A stretch of 64,000 nt of DNA. Origin: Candidatus Omnitrophota bacterium. GTDB taxonomy: Bacteria; Omnitrophota; Gorgyraeia; Gygaellales; Profunditerraquicolaceae. This document shows, piece by piece, positions 48,446-59,391 of this stretch (position 1 is the first letter of the stretch; each line of letters opens with the position of its first letter). The notes under the pieces are model-generated. The model ran no database searches. It was given only the letters and a program-made list of their open reading frames with translations, and was not told the origin of the DNA. The stretch lies in contig CAWDSS010000010.1 in the NCBI GenBank assembly GCA_963805065.1, positions 1,048,359 to 1,112,358 of the forward strand, in the 5' to 3' direction. The position numbers were made by a program, and so were the translations under genes.

Positions 48446-49421
48446 TTTTGATTATTATTTGCCAAAGGAATTAATCGCGCAGTATCCTCTTTTAGTGCGT
48501 GATGCAGCAAGGCTATTGGTTTTAAACAGAAAAAAGCAAACCATAGAGCATCGCCTGTTTCATGGCATTTTAGATTACCTTAACAAAAATGACTTAATAG
48601 TTTTAAATGATACTAAGGTTTTGCCTTGCCGCCTTATCGGTAAAAGGTCCACAGGGGGCAGAGTAGAAATATTGCTCTTAAATAGAAAAGGCGGATTTAA
48701 TTTTAATGCCATGATAAAACCCAGCCGCCTGAATTTAGGAGAAAAAATAATCTTTAACGGTGGTGAAACCTTTGCAGAGGTTACCTCTAAGAATGAAGTC
48801 ACTTTTAATGTAGATAATTTAGACACTATTTATAATTTAGGCTCCATGCCTTTACCTCCATACATAAAAAGAGACAGCGAAGATATAGATAACATTTACT
48901 ATCAGACGGTTTACGCGAGCCGAGAGGGCGCTATTGCGTCTCCTACAGCGGGTTTGCATTTCACGAAAGAAGTACTTAAAATAATAGAAGCTCGCGGCAT
49001 TAATTTTGCTAATATAACGTTGCATGTGGGTGTCGGGACATTCAAGCCGGTAAAATCAGAAGATATAAGACAACACAAAATGGAGTCAGAATATTTTAGA
49101 ATCCCGAAAGATTCAATTCAAGCCATGGAGAAAACTAAACAAGAAAACGCTCGAATAATTGCAGTGGGAACCACAAGCCTGCGTACCCTGGAAACTTTTG
49201 CTAACGGAGTAGCAGAGGGCTTTACGGATTTATTTGTATATCCAGGTTATAAATTTAAATTAGCGGATTGCCTTTTGACTAACTTTCATTTACCCAAAAC
49301 TACGTTATTTATGCTGGTTTGCGCTTTTGCCGGAGAGGCTTTTGCCAAAAAAGCATATCAGGAAGCCATAGATAAAAAATACAGGTTTTATAGCTATGGT
49401 GATGCCATGCTAATTGTTTGA
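48429..49421 (+). CDS. queA: S-adenosylmethionine:tRNA ribosyltransferase-isomerase
   Basis: LSDFDYYLPKELIAQYP, PLPPYIKR, AGLHFT and VGTTSLRTLE motifs. Confidence 0.95.
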   Translation: MLKLSDFDYYLPKELIAQYPLLVRDAARLLVLNRKKQTIEHRLFHGILDYLNKNDLIVLNDTKVLPCRLIGKRSTGGRVEILLLNRKGGFNFNAMIKPSRLNLGEKIIFNGGETFAEVTSKNEVTFNVDNLDTIYNLGSMPLPPYIKRDSEDIDNIYYQTVYASREGAIASPTAGLHFTKEVLKIIEARGINFANITLHVGVGTFKPVKSEDIRQHKMESEYFRIPKDSIQAMEKTKQENARIIAVGTTSLRTLETFANGVAEGFTDLFVYPGYKFKLADCLLTNFHLPKTTLFMLVCAFAGEAFAKKAYQEAIDKKYRFYSYGDAMLIV

Positions 49422-49422
49422 T

Positions 49423-50667
<1,245 letters not shown>

Positions 50668-50673
50668 AATTTT

Positions 50674-50736
50674 GCTTTCAGTCATCAGTCGTCAGCTTAC
50701 AGCTGATAGCTGATAGCTGAAAGCTGAAAGCTGAAC
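50674..50736 (+). repeat. Nine-heptamer palindromic element filling the tgt-trmD gap up to the ATG
   Basis: GCTTTCA GTCATCA GTCGTCA GCTTACA GCTGATA GCTGATA GCTGAAA GCTGAAA GCTGAAC, then ATG. 50674-50697 pairs imperfectly (about 19 of 24) with 50701-50724. Confidence 0.9.
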
Positions 50737-51423
50737 ATGCGCATTGATATTATCACTATTTTCCCCAAGATGTTTGAGCCTGTATTAAATGAATCTATAA
50801 TCAAGCGGGCACAGCACAAAGGAAAGGTAAAGATTTGTCTGCACGACTTAAGAGATTTTAGCGCTGATAAGCATAGAAAAGTGGATGACCGGCCATTCGG
50901 CGGAGGTTCAGGGATGGTAATGAAGCCGGAGCCGATATTCAAGGCAGTAGAGTATATAAAAGTTAAAAGTCAAAAGCCAAAAGTCAAAACTAAGGTTGTT
51001 CTGTTATGTCCCCAAGGTAAAAAATTAACTCAAAAAACTTGTAAGAAATTAGCAAAATACAAACATTTGATTTTAATTTGCGGCCATTACGAAGGAGTTG
51101 ATGAGAGAGTAAGGCACTATTTAGCAGATGAAGAAATTTCTATCGGCGATTATGTTTTGACTGGCGGAGAACTGCCGGCCATGGTCTTGGTAGATGCTAT
51201 TGTCAGGCTTATCCCGGGAGTTTTAGGCGATAAAAATTCCTTGAATTTTGAGTCATTTGAGAGTAATCTATTAGAATATCCGCACTATACAAGACCCGCG
51301 AAATTCAGGGACATGTCAGTGCCTCGGGAACTCCTTTCCGGAGACCATAAGCAAATTGAAAATTGGAGAAAACAACAAGCCATAAACAGGACCAAACTTA
51401 GAAGACCTGATCTTCTAAAATGA
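50737..51423 (+). CDS. trmD: tRNA (guanine37-N1)-methyltransferase
   Basis: [36 protein letters not shown] and [12 protein letters not shown] motifs. Confidence 0.95.
   Translation: MRIDIITIFPKMFEPVLNESIIKRAQHKGKVKICLHDLRDFSADKHRKVDDRPFGGGSGMVMKPEPIFKAVEYIKVKSQKPKVKTKVVLLCPQGKKLTQKTCKKLAKYKHLILICGHYEGVDERVRHYLADEEISIGDYVLTGGELPAMVLVDAIVRLIPGVLGDKNSLNFESFESNLLEYPHYTRPAKFRDMSVPRELLSGDHKQIENWRKQQAINRTKLRRPDLLK
50958..50992 (+). repeat. Heptamer array AAAAGTT-AAAAGTC-AAAAGCC-AAAAGTC-AAAACTA inside trmD
   Basis: Read directly. Encodes [11 protein letters not shown] in a variable loop. Near-identical to 58885-58923 and to the A-arm at 22747-22781. Confidence 0.85.
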
Positions 51424-51438
51424 CAAGGAGATAAACGC

Positions 51439-51795
51439 ATGGATAAACTAAAAGCCATTGAACAGGAATACACCAAAAAAGAACTCCCGAAATTTAATGT
51501 CGGCGATACGATAAAAGTCATGGTCAAAATTCCAGAAGGCCCTGATAAAGTACGCCTGCATCCTTTTGAGGGAGTGGTTATTGCCAAGCAGGGAAGTGGA
51601 ATCAGGGAGAGTTTTACCGTAAGAAAAGTTTCATACGGAGAGGGCATTGAGCGCGTCTTTCCATTGTATTCTCCCAGTATCGAGCGTATTGAGATCTTAA
51701 AGCAAGGCAAGGTCAAAAGAGCAAAGCTGTATTATCTTAGGACTAAAGTAGGAAAGCACGCCACCAAGATCGAATCTGCACAAGAAAAAGCTTAA
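51439..51795 (+). CDS. rplS: 50S ribosomal protein L19
   Basis: [11 protein letters not shown] and [21 protein letters not shown] motifs. Confidence 0.95.
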   Translation: MDKLKAIEQEYTKKELPKFNVGDTIKVMVKIPEGPDKVRLHPFEGVVIAKQGSGIRESFTVRKVSYGEGIERVFPLYSPSIERIEILKQGKVKRAKLYYLRTKVGKHATKIESAQEKA

Positions 51796-51807
51796 CATTT
51801 TTATAGA

Positions 51808-52407
51808 GTGCTCTATTTTGAGAGAAAGCTAAAAGCAAAAGGCAATGACGTTATAATCGGAGTAGATGAGGCTGGCCGCGGGCCGTTAGCCGGCCCGGTA
51901 GTTGCAGCTGCGGTAGTACTAAATTCCACCCGTTTCAAAAACCGGATTGATGATTCAAAAAAGTTAACGACACTCGCCCGTGAAAGGGCATTTCTCGAAA
52001 TCGTCAAAAAGAGCATATTCGGCATTGGAGTTGTTAACCACGTCATTATTGACCGGGTAAACATCTTGCAAGCAAGCCTTCGGGCAATGGAATATGCAAT
52101 TTACTGCGTTACCGGGAAACTTAATTCTAAACACAAGCATTTACACGTTATTGTAGATGGCAATATGGAGCTGAATATTAAATTGCCGTTTACCTGTATC
52201 GTAAAGGGAGATTCAAAATCCTTGAGTATCGCATCAGCATCAATACTGGCTAAGGTAACCAGGGACCATATCATGGATACCTATGATGAGCTTTATCCTG
52301 AGTACAATTTCAGGCAGCATAAAGGGTATCCTACAGCAGAGCACAAAAGGATTTTAAGGCGATTGGGGCCTTCGCCAATCCATAGAAAGAGTTTTTCTTG
52401 TGTCTAA
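51808..52407 (+). CDS. rnhB: Ribonuclease HII
   Basis: IGVDEAGRGPLAGPVV, DSKKL and ASILAKVTRD motifs. GTG start. Confidence 0.9.
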   Translation: MLYFERKLKAKGNDVIIGVDEAGRGPLAGPVVAAAVVLNSTRFKNRIDDSKKLTTLARERAFLEIVKKSIFGIGVVNHVIIDRVNILQASLRAMEYAIYCVTGKLNSKHKHLHVIVDGNMELNIKLPFTCIVKGDSKSLSIASASILAKVTRDHIMDTYDELYPEYNFRQHKGYPTAEHKRILRRLGPSPIHRKSFSCV

Positions 52408-52780
52408 ACAAAATATTCATTTAGGCAGTTGCGGTGAAGATCTAGCGGTCGCCTTATTAGAAGAAAACGGATATAAAATTTTAGCCCGGAATTTCAAGAC
52501 CAAAATCGGCGAGATTGATATTATAGCTAAAGACCGCGATACAATTACCTTCGTGGAAGTAAAGGCGAGAAACTCCGATAGATTTGGGCTTCCCCAGGAA
52601 GCTGTATCAATCCCTAAGCAAAGACAAATTTCCAAAGCAGCCTTAGTCTATCTAAAGGATAAAAATCTCCTAGACAGAAAAGCAAGGTTTGACGTGGTTT
52701 CTATATTGTTTTGCAATAAAGCATGCAAAACAAATTTAATCAAGAATGCTTTTGAATTGGAGACGCGTTATGTTATCTGA
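52400..52780 (+). CDS. yraN: YraN-family (UPF0102) endonuclease-like protein
   Basis: GEDLAVALLEENGYKILARNFKTKIGEIDIIAKD...FVEVKAR motif. GTG start. Confidence 0.8.
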   Translation: MSKQNIHLGSCGEDLAVALLEENGYKILARNFKTKIGEIDIIAKDRDTITFVEVKARNSDRFGLPQEAVSIPKQRQISKAALVYLKDKNLLDRKARFDVVSILFCNKACKTNLIKNAFELETRYVI

Positions 52781-54464
52781 TATAGAAATTGTCCGGAAGG
52801 CAAAAATAGAGCCAATCGAGAATATTGCCAAGAAACTCTCCGTTGATAAAAAATACCTTGTACCTTACGGTAAATATATCGCAAAAATTGATTTAAGCAT
52901 CCTGGGTAATTTAAAAAACAAGAAACAGGGTAAGTACATTTTGGTTACCGCGATTACGCCTACGCCTCTGGGAGAGGGTAAAACAGTTACCACCATCGGC
53001 CTTTCCATGGCGTTAAATAAATTAGGTAAACTTGCTTCTACCTGTATTCGCCAGCCATCTTTAGGCCCGGTTTTCGGCATAAAAGGAGGGGCTGCAGGCG
53101 GCGGATATTCCCAGGTTTTACCGATGGAGGATTTTAACCTGCATTTTACCGGAGATGTGCATGCAGTAGGGACAGCGCATAATCTGGCTGCGGCATTCCT
53201 GGACAATGCATTATTTAAGGGGAATAAGTTAAAGATTAATCCTGATAAAATATATTGGCGTAGGGCCGTTGATGTCAGCGACCGGTGTTTAAGAAATATA
53301 AAAATCGGATTAGGCTCAAAAGACGACGGTGTTCCCAGGGAAAGTGGATTTGATATTACCGTAGCCTCTGAAATAATGGCTATATTGGCATTGGCTGCGG
53401 ATTTAAAGGATTTACGTAAACGTATCGCTAGCATTGTTATGGCTGATGACATCGCAGGTAATCCCATAACCGCGCAAGATTTAAAAGTTGCAGGCGCTAT
53501 GACTGTTTTGCTTCGCGATGCCATAAAGCCCAATCTTATACAGACAATTGAAAATACGCCTTGTTTTGTGCATGCCGGGCCTTTTGCAAATATCGCCCAC
53601 GGAAATAATTCCATATTGGCTGACAGAATTGCCTTGAATTTTAGTGATTATGTAGTAACGGAGGCAGGTTTCGGAGCTGACTGCGGGGCAGAGAAATTTT
53701 TTGATATCAAATGCCGCGCAAGCGGTTTGACTCCCGACGCAGCAGTGATTGTTTGCTCTATAAGAGCGCTTAAAGCGCATAGCGGAAAATTTAAAATTGT
53801 GGCGGGAATGCCCCTGGATACATGTTTAGCAAATGAAGACCTAAAGGCCATAGAAGAAGGCCTGTGTAATTTAGAGAAACAAATTGATAATGTCAGGCAG
53901 TTTGGTATTCCGGTAGTAGTGGCTATAAACAGGTTTTCCTGCGACACGGATAAAGAAATAGATTTTGTGAAGAAAAAGGCAAAAGAATTCGGCGCGTATG
54001 ACTGCTGCGTCAGTGGTGTATGGGCTCATGGCTCAAGTGGCGGCATTGATTTAGCTAAAGCCGTAATAAAGGCAGCAGAAGAAAAGAGTAATTTCAAATT
54101 CCTTTACCCGCAAGAGTTATCTATAAAGGATAAAATTAAAACTATCGCAACAAAAATTTACGGAGCCAAAGATATAGAATATACTCACCTGGCAGAAGAA
54201 AAGATTAAGATTTATACAGAACGCGGTTATCACAAGTTACCTATCTGCATGGCAAAGACGCATTTATCTTTATCGCATGATCCTAATTTAAAGGGCAGGC
54301 CTTACGGCTTTACTTTACCGATAAGAGATATCAGGGCCTCAATAGGAGCCGGGTTTTTATATCCCTTATGCGGAGAAATGAAAACTATGCCAGGATTACC
54401 CAGTCGCCCGGTAGGAGAAAATATCGATATCAATGATAAAGGGGAAATAGAAGGATTATCTTAG
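52770..54464 (+). CDS. fhs: Formate--tetrahydrofolate ligase
   Basis: VTAITPTPLGEGKTVTTIGL, GGAAGGGY and EAGFGADCGAEKF motifs. Start moved to ATG 52770. Confidence 0.95.
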   Translation: MLSDIEIVRKAKIEPIENIAKKLSVDKKYLVPYGKYIAKIDLSILGNLKNKKQGKYILVTAITPTPLGEGKTVTTIGLSMALNKLGKLASTCIRQPSLGPVFGIKGGAAGGGYSQVLPMEDFNLHFTGDVHAVGTAHNLAAAFLDNALFKGNKLKINPDKIYWRRAVDVSDRCLRNIKIGLGSKDDGVPRESGFDITVASEIMAILALAADLKDLRKRIASIVMADDIAGNPITAQDLKVAGAMTVLLRDAIKPNLIQTIENTPCFVHAGPFANIAHGNNSILADRIALNFSDYVVTEAGFGADCGAEKFFDIKCRASGLTPDAAVIVCSIRALKAHSGKFKIVAGMPLDTCLANEDLKAIEEGLCNLEKQIDNVRQFGIPVVVAINRFSCDTDKEIDFVKKKAKEFGAYDCCVSGVWAHGSSGGIDLAKAVIKAAEEKSNFKFLYPQELSIKDKIKTIATKIYGAKDIEYTHLAEEKIKIYTERGYHKLPICMAKTHLSLSHDPNLKGRPYGFTLPIRDIRASIGAGFLYPLCGEMKTMPGLPSRPVGENIDINDKGEIEGLS

Positions 54465-54467
54465 GAG

Positions 54468-54567
54468 CTTAAAACGCAAATCGCAAAAGGCAAAACTGGA
54501 ACCCAAAACTAAAAACGTTTTAAGTTTTACGTTGCAGTTTTGAGTTTTGACTTTTTCGTTTTGAGTC
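54468..54567 (+). repeat. AAAANNN heptamer hairpin element centred on AAAACGTTTT
   Basis: The arms meet at the palindrome 54512-54521. The right arm 54516-54558 is the reverse complement (42 of 43) of 56870-56912. Confidence 0.85.
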
Positions 54568-54580
54568 AGGAGTATAAGGA

Positions 54581-55141
54581 ATGTATAAAGACAAGTCGCT
54601 AAGACAGTATCTGGATGATTTAGCTGGGAAACTTCCTGCTCCCGGAGGCGGGTCTGCCGCAGCTTTAAATGCAAGCCTAGGCGCAGCTTTAATCAGTATG
54701 GTAGTAAATTTCACTCTGGGAAAACCTAAATACGCCAAGTTTGAAAATGAATTAAAAGCAATCCTGGATAAGTCAGAAAAATTAAGGAATGATTTTTTAA
54801 ATTTAGTGGATTTGGACGTCACAGCTTATCAAAGTAAGAACGCCAGAAATGCCCTGGATGTGCCTTTTATGGTTGCCCGTCTTTGTTTTGAGGCAATTAA
54901 ATTATGCCCGCCGTTAATTACCAAGGCAAACACAAACCTTGCTAGCGATGTCGCGGTAGCTGCGATTCTTTTGGAATCAGCGTTCACCAGCGCTTATTTT
55001 AACGTGGAAATAAACCTTAAATTCATTAATGATGCAAAGTTTTCCAAGAAAATCAGAAAGGAATTGGCGCAAAAGCAAAAATCAATTAAAAAGATAAGAA
55101 TTCAAACGGAGGATAAAATTGGCAAAATTATTAGAGGGTAA
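54581..55141 (+). CDS. Cyclodeaminase/cyclohydrolase family protein (FTCD C-terminal-like)
   Basis: LRQYLDDLAGKLPAPGGGSAAALNASLGAALISMV is typical of the formiminotransferase-cyclodeaminase C domain. Sits between fhs and folD. Confidence 0.8.
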   Translation: MYKDKSLRQYLDDLAGKLPAPGGGSAAALNASLGAALISMVVNFTLGKPKYAKFENELKAILDKSEKLRNDFLNLVDLDVTAYQSKNARNALDVPFMVARLCFEAIKLCPPLITKANTNLASDVAVAAILLESAFTSAYFNVEINLKFINDAKFSKKIRKELAQKQKSIKKIRIQTEDKIGKIIRG

Positions 55142-55961
55142 ACCTTTAGCTGATAAAATTAAAGAAGAGATAAAACAGCAGGTACAGGCCATGAATAAAA
55201 AGCCTGTATTGGCAAGTGTTCTGGTGGGAGAAAATGCAGGGGCTGAAGTCTATGCAAAATCCCAGAGAAAGAATGCCGAAGGCTTAGGTATAGAATATCA
55301 ATTAAATAAATTGCCCCAAGAGACTAGCGAAACTAAGCTGATAGAGTTTATAAAAGAATTAAATCAGAATAAATCCATAAATGGTATCATCATCCAGATG
55401 CCGTTACCTGCACACATTGACTATAAGAAAATCAGCCAGTATATTCTTCCGGAAAAGGATGTGGAAGGAATGCATCCTGCCAACATCGGAAAGATTGTAT
55501 TCGGAAAGGCAAAGATTTTACCTTGCACCCCGGCAGCAGTCATGGAATTATTGAATTCTATTGGCATAGATTTATATGGTAAAGAAGTAGTTGTGGTTGG
55601 CCATAGTGAAATAGTAGGAAAGCCCTTAGCGCTTTTGTTATTGGAAAAGTTTGCTACTGTAACGGTTTGCCATATCGGAACATCCAAGGCGGGAAAATTA
55701 GAAGAGCATGTTAAAAAAGCAGAAGTTTTAATCGTAGCAGTCGGTAAAGCCGGATTAATTAAGGGCGATTTAATTAAACAAGGCGCAATTGTTATTGATG
55801 TGGGTATAAATAGGGTTGCGGATAAAATTGTAGGAGATGTTGAATTTGAAGCTGCGCAAAGGAGAGCTTCCTATATCACTCCTGTTCCCGGCGGAGTCGG
55901 GCCATTGACAGTAACCATGTTGATGCGCAATGTAGTTGAAACAGCCAAGTCACAACAATAA
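55119..55961 (+). CDS. folD: Bifunctional 5,10-methylene-THF dehydrogenase / 5,10-methenyl-THF cyclohydrolase
   Basis: GIIIQMPLP, PCTPAAV, VVGHSEIVGKP and TPVPGGVGPLT motifs. TTG start after GGAGGA. Confidence 0.95.
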   Translation: MAKLLEGKPLADKIKEEIKQQVQAMNKKPVLASVLVGENAGAEVYAKSQRKNAEGLGIEYQLNKLPQETSETKLIEFIKELNQNKSINGIIIQMPLPAHIDYKKISQYILPEKDVEGMHPANIGKIVFGKAKILPCTPAAVMELLNSIGIDLYGKEVVVVGHSEIVGKPLALLLLEKFATVTVCHIGTSKAGKLEEHVKKAEVLIVAVGKAGLIKGDLIKQGAIVIDVGINRVADKIVGDVEFEAAQRRASYITPVPGGVGPLTVTMLMRNVVETAKSQQ

Positions 55962-55989
55962 TAATATTTAATTACTTGAGGAGATTGAA

Positions 55990-56859
55990 TTGACTTTTAA
56001 AGAAAAATTACAGGCTGGGAAGTTTTTAGTGACATCCGAGATTGGACCGCCTAAAGGCATTGAAACCGCAATGCTTTTGGAAGATGCTGAGCTTATCCGC
56101 ACGCGCGTGGATGCGATTAATGTTACGGATTTACAGAGTTCAGTCATGCGTTTAGGCTCTTTGGTAGTTTGCTCGCTTCTAAAACAAAAAGGCTTTGAGC
56201 CGATATTTCAGGTAACCTGCCGCGACAGAAACCGCCTGGCTTTACAATCGGATATTTTATCCGCCGCTGCTTTAGGCATTGAGAATCTTTTGATTTTAAC
56301 CGGAGACCATACTACCTCAGGAGACCATCCGGAAGCAAAGCCTGTATTTGACCTGGATTCAGTGCAATTATTGCAGGTAGTAGGTAAGCTCCAGCAAGGC
56401 CTTGATATGAAAGATAATAAACTTGAGGGAAGAGCGCCGAAGTTTTGCGTGGGCGCTGTAGTAAACCCTGGGGCTGACCCCATAGAGCCGCAAATTATGA
56501 AGATGGAAAAGAAAATTGAAGCAGGTGCTGAGTTTTTTCAGACACAGGCTATTTATGACATTAAAATCTTCGAAAATTTCTTAAGCAAAATTAAACATCT
56601 TAAAACTACCATACTTGGCGGGATAGTTTTATTGAAATCCGCAGGCATGGCAAAATATATGAATAAAAATGTCGCAGGCGTATCTGTCCCCGACAGTTTC
56701 ATTAAGGAAATGGAAGAAACAAAAGATAAGTCAGCGAAATCCATAGAAATCGCTGCCAGATTAATTAAAGAATTAAAACCCATGTGTCAGGGTATACATA
56801 TTATGCCTATCGGCTGGGACAAGAAAGTTCCGTTAGTATTAGACGCGGCAAGGTTGTAA
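55990..56859 (+). CDS. metF: Methylenetetrahydrofolate reductase
   Basis: FLVTSEIGPPKG, INVTD, TCRDRNR and LILTGDH motifs. TTG start after GAGGAG. Confidence 0.85.
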   Translation: MTFKEKLQAGKFLVTSEIGPPKGIETAMLLEDAELIRTRVDAINVTDLQSSVMRLGSLVVCSLLKQKGFEPIFQVTCRDRNRLALQSDILSAAALGIENLLILTGDHTTSGDHPEAKPVFDLDSVQLLQVVGKLQQGLDMKDNKLEGRAPKFCVGAVVNPGADPIEPQIMKMEKKIEAGAEFFQTQAIYDIKIFENFLSKIKHLKTTILGGIVLLKSAGMAKYMNKNVAGVSVPDSFIKEMEETKDKSAKSIEIAARLIKELKPMCQGIHIMPIGWDKKVPLVLDAARL

Positions 56860-56863
56860 GAGC

Positions 56864-56964
56864 GCAAAACGTAAAAGTCAAAACTCAAAACTGCAACGTA
56901 AAACTTAAAACGTTTTGAATTTTGCGTTTAAGTTTTGCGTTTTGAGATTTGCCTTTTGAGTTTG
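56864..56964 (+). repeat. AAAANNN heptamer hairpin element centred on AAAACGTTTT
   Basis: Centre at 56907-56916. The left arm 56870-56912 matches the reverse complement of 54516-54558. Confidence 0.85.
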
Positions 56965-56979
56965 TTCAGAGGAGGTTAT

Positions 56980-58884
56980 ATGAGTGATCTCACGAATAAA
57001 TCAATAGACATAGCTACGCAAGAAGTCCTCAAGAAGGCTCAGGAAGAGAACATTAAGACTACTTGGGATAGATTGGAATTGCAGGAGCCGCAATGCGGGT
57101 TTGGGCAATTGGGCGTATGCTGCACGGTTTGCAGCATGGGCCCCTGCAGGATTGATCCTTTTGGTGAGGGTGCACAAGTCGGAGTATGCGGAGCAAATGC
57201 CGATACAATTGCCGCAAGAAACCTGGCTAGGAAGATCGCCGTAGGCGCTTCAGCGCATTCTGACCACGGAAGAGACGTTGCGCATGCTTTGTCGCATGTC
57301 GCAGAAGGCCATACGCACGATTATGAAATAATAGATGTAGAAAAACTTAAAAATGTGGCACAGGAATATGGAATTGATGTTTCTAAACCCAAAGAGCAGA
57401 TTGCCAAAGAACTCGGGAAAAAACTTAGCGAGGAATTCGGCAAGCAGGAAGGTGAATTGACATTTTGTAAACGAGCACCTAAGAAACGCCGCGATATCTG
57501 GAAAAAGTTAGGAATAACACCCAGAGGCATTGACCGGGAAGTCGTAGAATTACTGCATACTACCACTATGGGAGTTGACAATGATTACAAGAACATTATT
57601 AATACTGGTATGCGCTGTGCTTTATCAGATGGCTGGGGTGGTTCTATGATTGCCACCGACGCACAGGACATAATTCTAGGTAGCCCCGTGCCCGTAAGAG
57701 GAAAAGTTAATTTAGGCGTATTAAAAGAAAATTATGTAAATATTGTAGTGCATGGCCATGAACCGGTTCTATCTGAAATGGCAGTTAAGGCATCGCAGGA
57801 CCCGGAACTGCTGAAACTCGCGAAAGCTAAGGGAGCAGAAGGCATAAATTTAGCAGGTATATGCTGTACTGCCAATGAAGTTTTGATGCGTCATGGAATT
57901 CCTGTGGCAGGAAATTTCCTGCAGCAGGAATTGGCGATTATTACCGGAGCAGTTGAGGTAATGATGGTGGATGTACAGTGTATTATGCCGGCCTTGCATG
58001 AAATCGCAAGTTGTTTTCACACAAAACTGATTACTACCAGTTCCAAAGCGCGTTTTCCCGGAGTAGCGCACATTGAATTTGATACTAAAGATGCTTATAA
58101 AACGGCAAAAGAAATAATTAAGACCGCTGTAGAGAATTTCCCTAACAGGAATAAGGAAAGAGTGAATATTCCCAAACAGGAAATGGATTTGGTTGCCGGG
58201 TTTACCAAGGAAGTTGTTTTTCAGATTTTAGGCGGTAGATACCGTTCTACTTACAGGCCTTTGAATGAAGCAATTATTTCCGGAAGGCTGCGTGGTTTAG
58301 CAGGCGTGGTCGGTTGTAATAATCCTAAGCAGACGCATGATTATTATCATACCACTTTAGTAAAAGAGCTGATTAAAAATGACGTCCTGGTTTTACAGAC
58401 CGGTTGTTCCGCTATTGCCTGCGCAAAACAGGGTTTACTACTGCCTGAAGCAGCAAAGCAATACGCGGGAAAAGGCTTGCAGGAGATTTGCGAAGCAGTG
58501 GGAATCCCTCCGGTCTTACACCTTGGCTCTTGCGTGGATAATTCGCGCATTCTTACCGCAGCATCTCATATAATTGAAGAGGGTGGTCTCGGCCAGGATT
58601 TATCTGATATTCCTGCAGCTGGCTGTGCGCCTGAATGGATGTCTGAAAAAGCAATCACCATAGGATTTTACTTTGTTGCCTCCGGAGTCTATACCGTATT
58701 TGGCGCCAGCCCCTTTGCCACCCTGGGCAGCAAAAACCTTACGGAATATTTAACCCGTGATTTAGAATCCATTGTAGGCGGAAGGTTTGAATTTTGCGAT
58801 GATCCTCTGCAGATGGCAACGCTGATGATTGCACATATCGATAAAAAGCGTAAAGACCTGAATTTAAAGCCCGCAATGTACTAA
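56980..58884 (+). CDS. cooS: Ni-Fe carbon monoxide dehydrogenase catalytic subunit
   Basis: N-terminal Cys clusters (CGFGQLGVCCTVCSMGPCR), HGHEP, the GICCTANE region and CVDNSR. Start moved to ATG 56980 after GAGGAGG. Confidence 0.9.
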   Translation: MSDLTNKSIDIATQEVLKKAQEENIKTTWDRLELQEPQCGFGQLGVCCTVCSMGPCRIDPFGEGAQVGVCGANADTIAARNLARKIAVGASAHSDHGRDVAHALSHVAEGHTHDYEIIDVEKLKNVAQEYGIDVSKPKEQIAKELGKKLSEEFGKQEGELTFCKRAPKKRRDIWKKLGITPRGIDREVVELLHTTTMGVDNDYKNIINTGMRCALSDGWGGSMIATDAQDIILGSPVPVRGKVNLGVLKENYVNIVVHGHEPVLSEMAVKASQDPELLKLAKAKGAEGINLAGICCTANEVLMRHGIPVAGNFLQQELAIITGAVEVMMVDVQCIMPALHEIASCFHTKLITTSSKARFPGVAHIEFDTKDAYKTAKEIIKTAVENFPNRNKERVNIPKQEMDLVAGFTKEVVFQILGGRYRSTYRPLNEAIISGRLRGLAGVVGCNNPKQTHDYYHTTLVKELIKNDVLVLQTGCSAIACAKQGLLLPEAAKQYAGKGLQEICEAVGIPPVLHLGSCVDNSRILTAASHIIEEGGLGQDLSDIPAAGCAPEWMSEKAITIGFYFVASGVYTVFGASPFATLGSKNLTEYLTRDLESIVGGRFEFCDDPLQMATLMIAHIDKKRKDLNLKPAMY

Positions 58885-58923
58885 GAAAAGTTAAAAGTAA
58901 AAAGCCAAAAGGAAAAACTAAAT
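58885..58923 (+). repeat. Single-arm AAAANNN heptamer array
   Basis: GAAAAGT TAAAAGT AAAAAGC CAAAAGG AAAAACT AAA directly after the cooS stop. Closely matches 22747-22781 and 50958-50992. Confidence 0.8.
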
Positions 58924-58938
58924 CTATTGTTAAATGTC

Positions 58939-59391
58939 ATGAAGAATTTATACTATAAGGTCGACAAGTGTTTAGGCTGCAAGTCCTGTGAGATTGCCTG
59001 CGCAGTAGCGCATTCTGTAGTCCAGGATTTGTTTAAAACCATAAGAGAAGAAAATCTTTCTTTACCCAGGAAAAAAGTGCATTCTTCGAAAGGAAAAAAC
59101 TTTCCGGTTTCCTGCCGGCATTGTGAAGATCCCAAATGTGTGATGGCTTGTATGGCAGCAGCGCTTACCTATGATAAAGAGAAGGGAATGGTTCTGCATG
59201 ATGAATCCCGTTGTGTAGGCTGCTGGATGTGTGTGATGAGCTGCCCTTATGGAGCAATCCGGCCGAATATCAAAGCTAAGATTCCGGTGCGTTGTGATAA
59301 ATGCAAAGATAAGGATGAGCCGGCATGCGTAAAAGCTTGTCCCACAGGTACAATTATTTGGCAAGAGGATACAAAGATACCCCTAAAATGA
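58939..59391 (+). CDS. CooF-like 4Fe-4S ferredoxin-type iron-sulfur protein
   Basis: CLGCKSCEIAC, CRHCEDPKC, CVGCWMCVMSCP and CDKC...CVKACP cluster motifs. Confidence 0.75.
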   Translation: MKNLYYKVDKCLGCKSCEIACAVAHSVVQDLFKTIREENLSLPRKKVHSSKGKNFPVSCRHCEDPKCVMACMAAALTYDKEKGMVLHDESRCVGCWMCVMSCPYGAIRPNIKAKIPVRCDKCKDKDEPACVKACPTGTIIWQEDTKIPLK

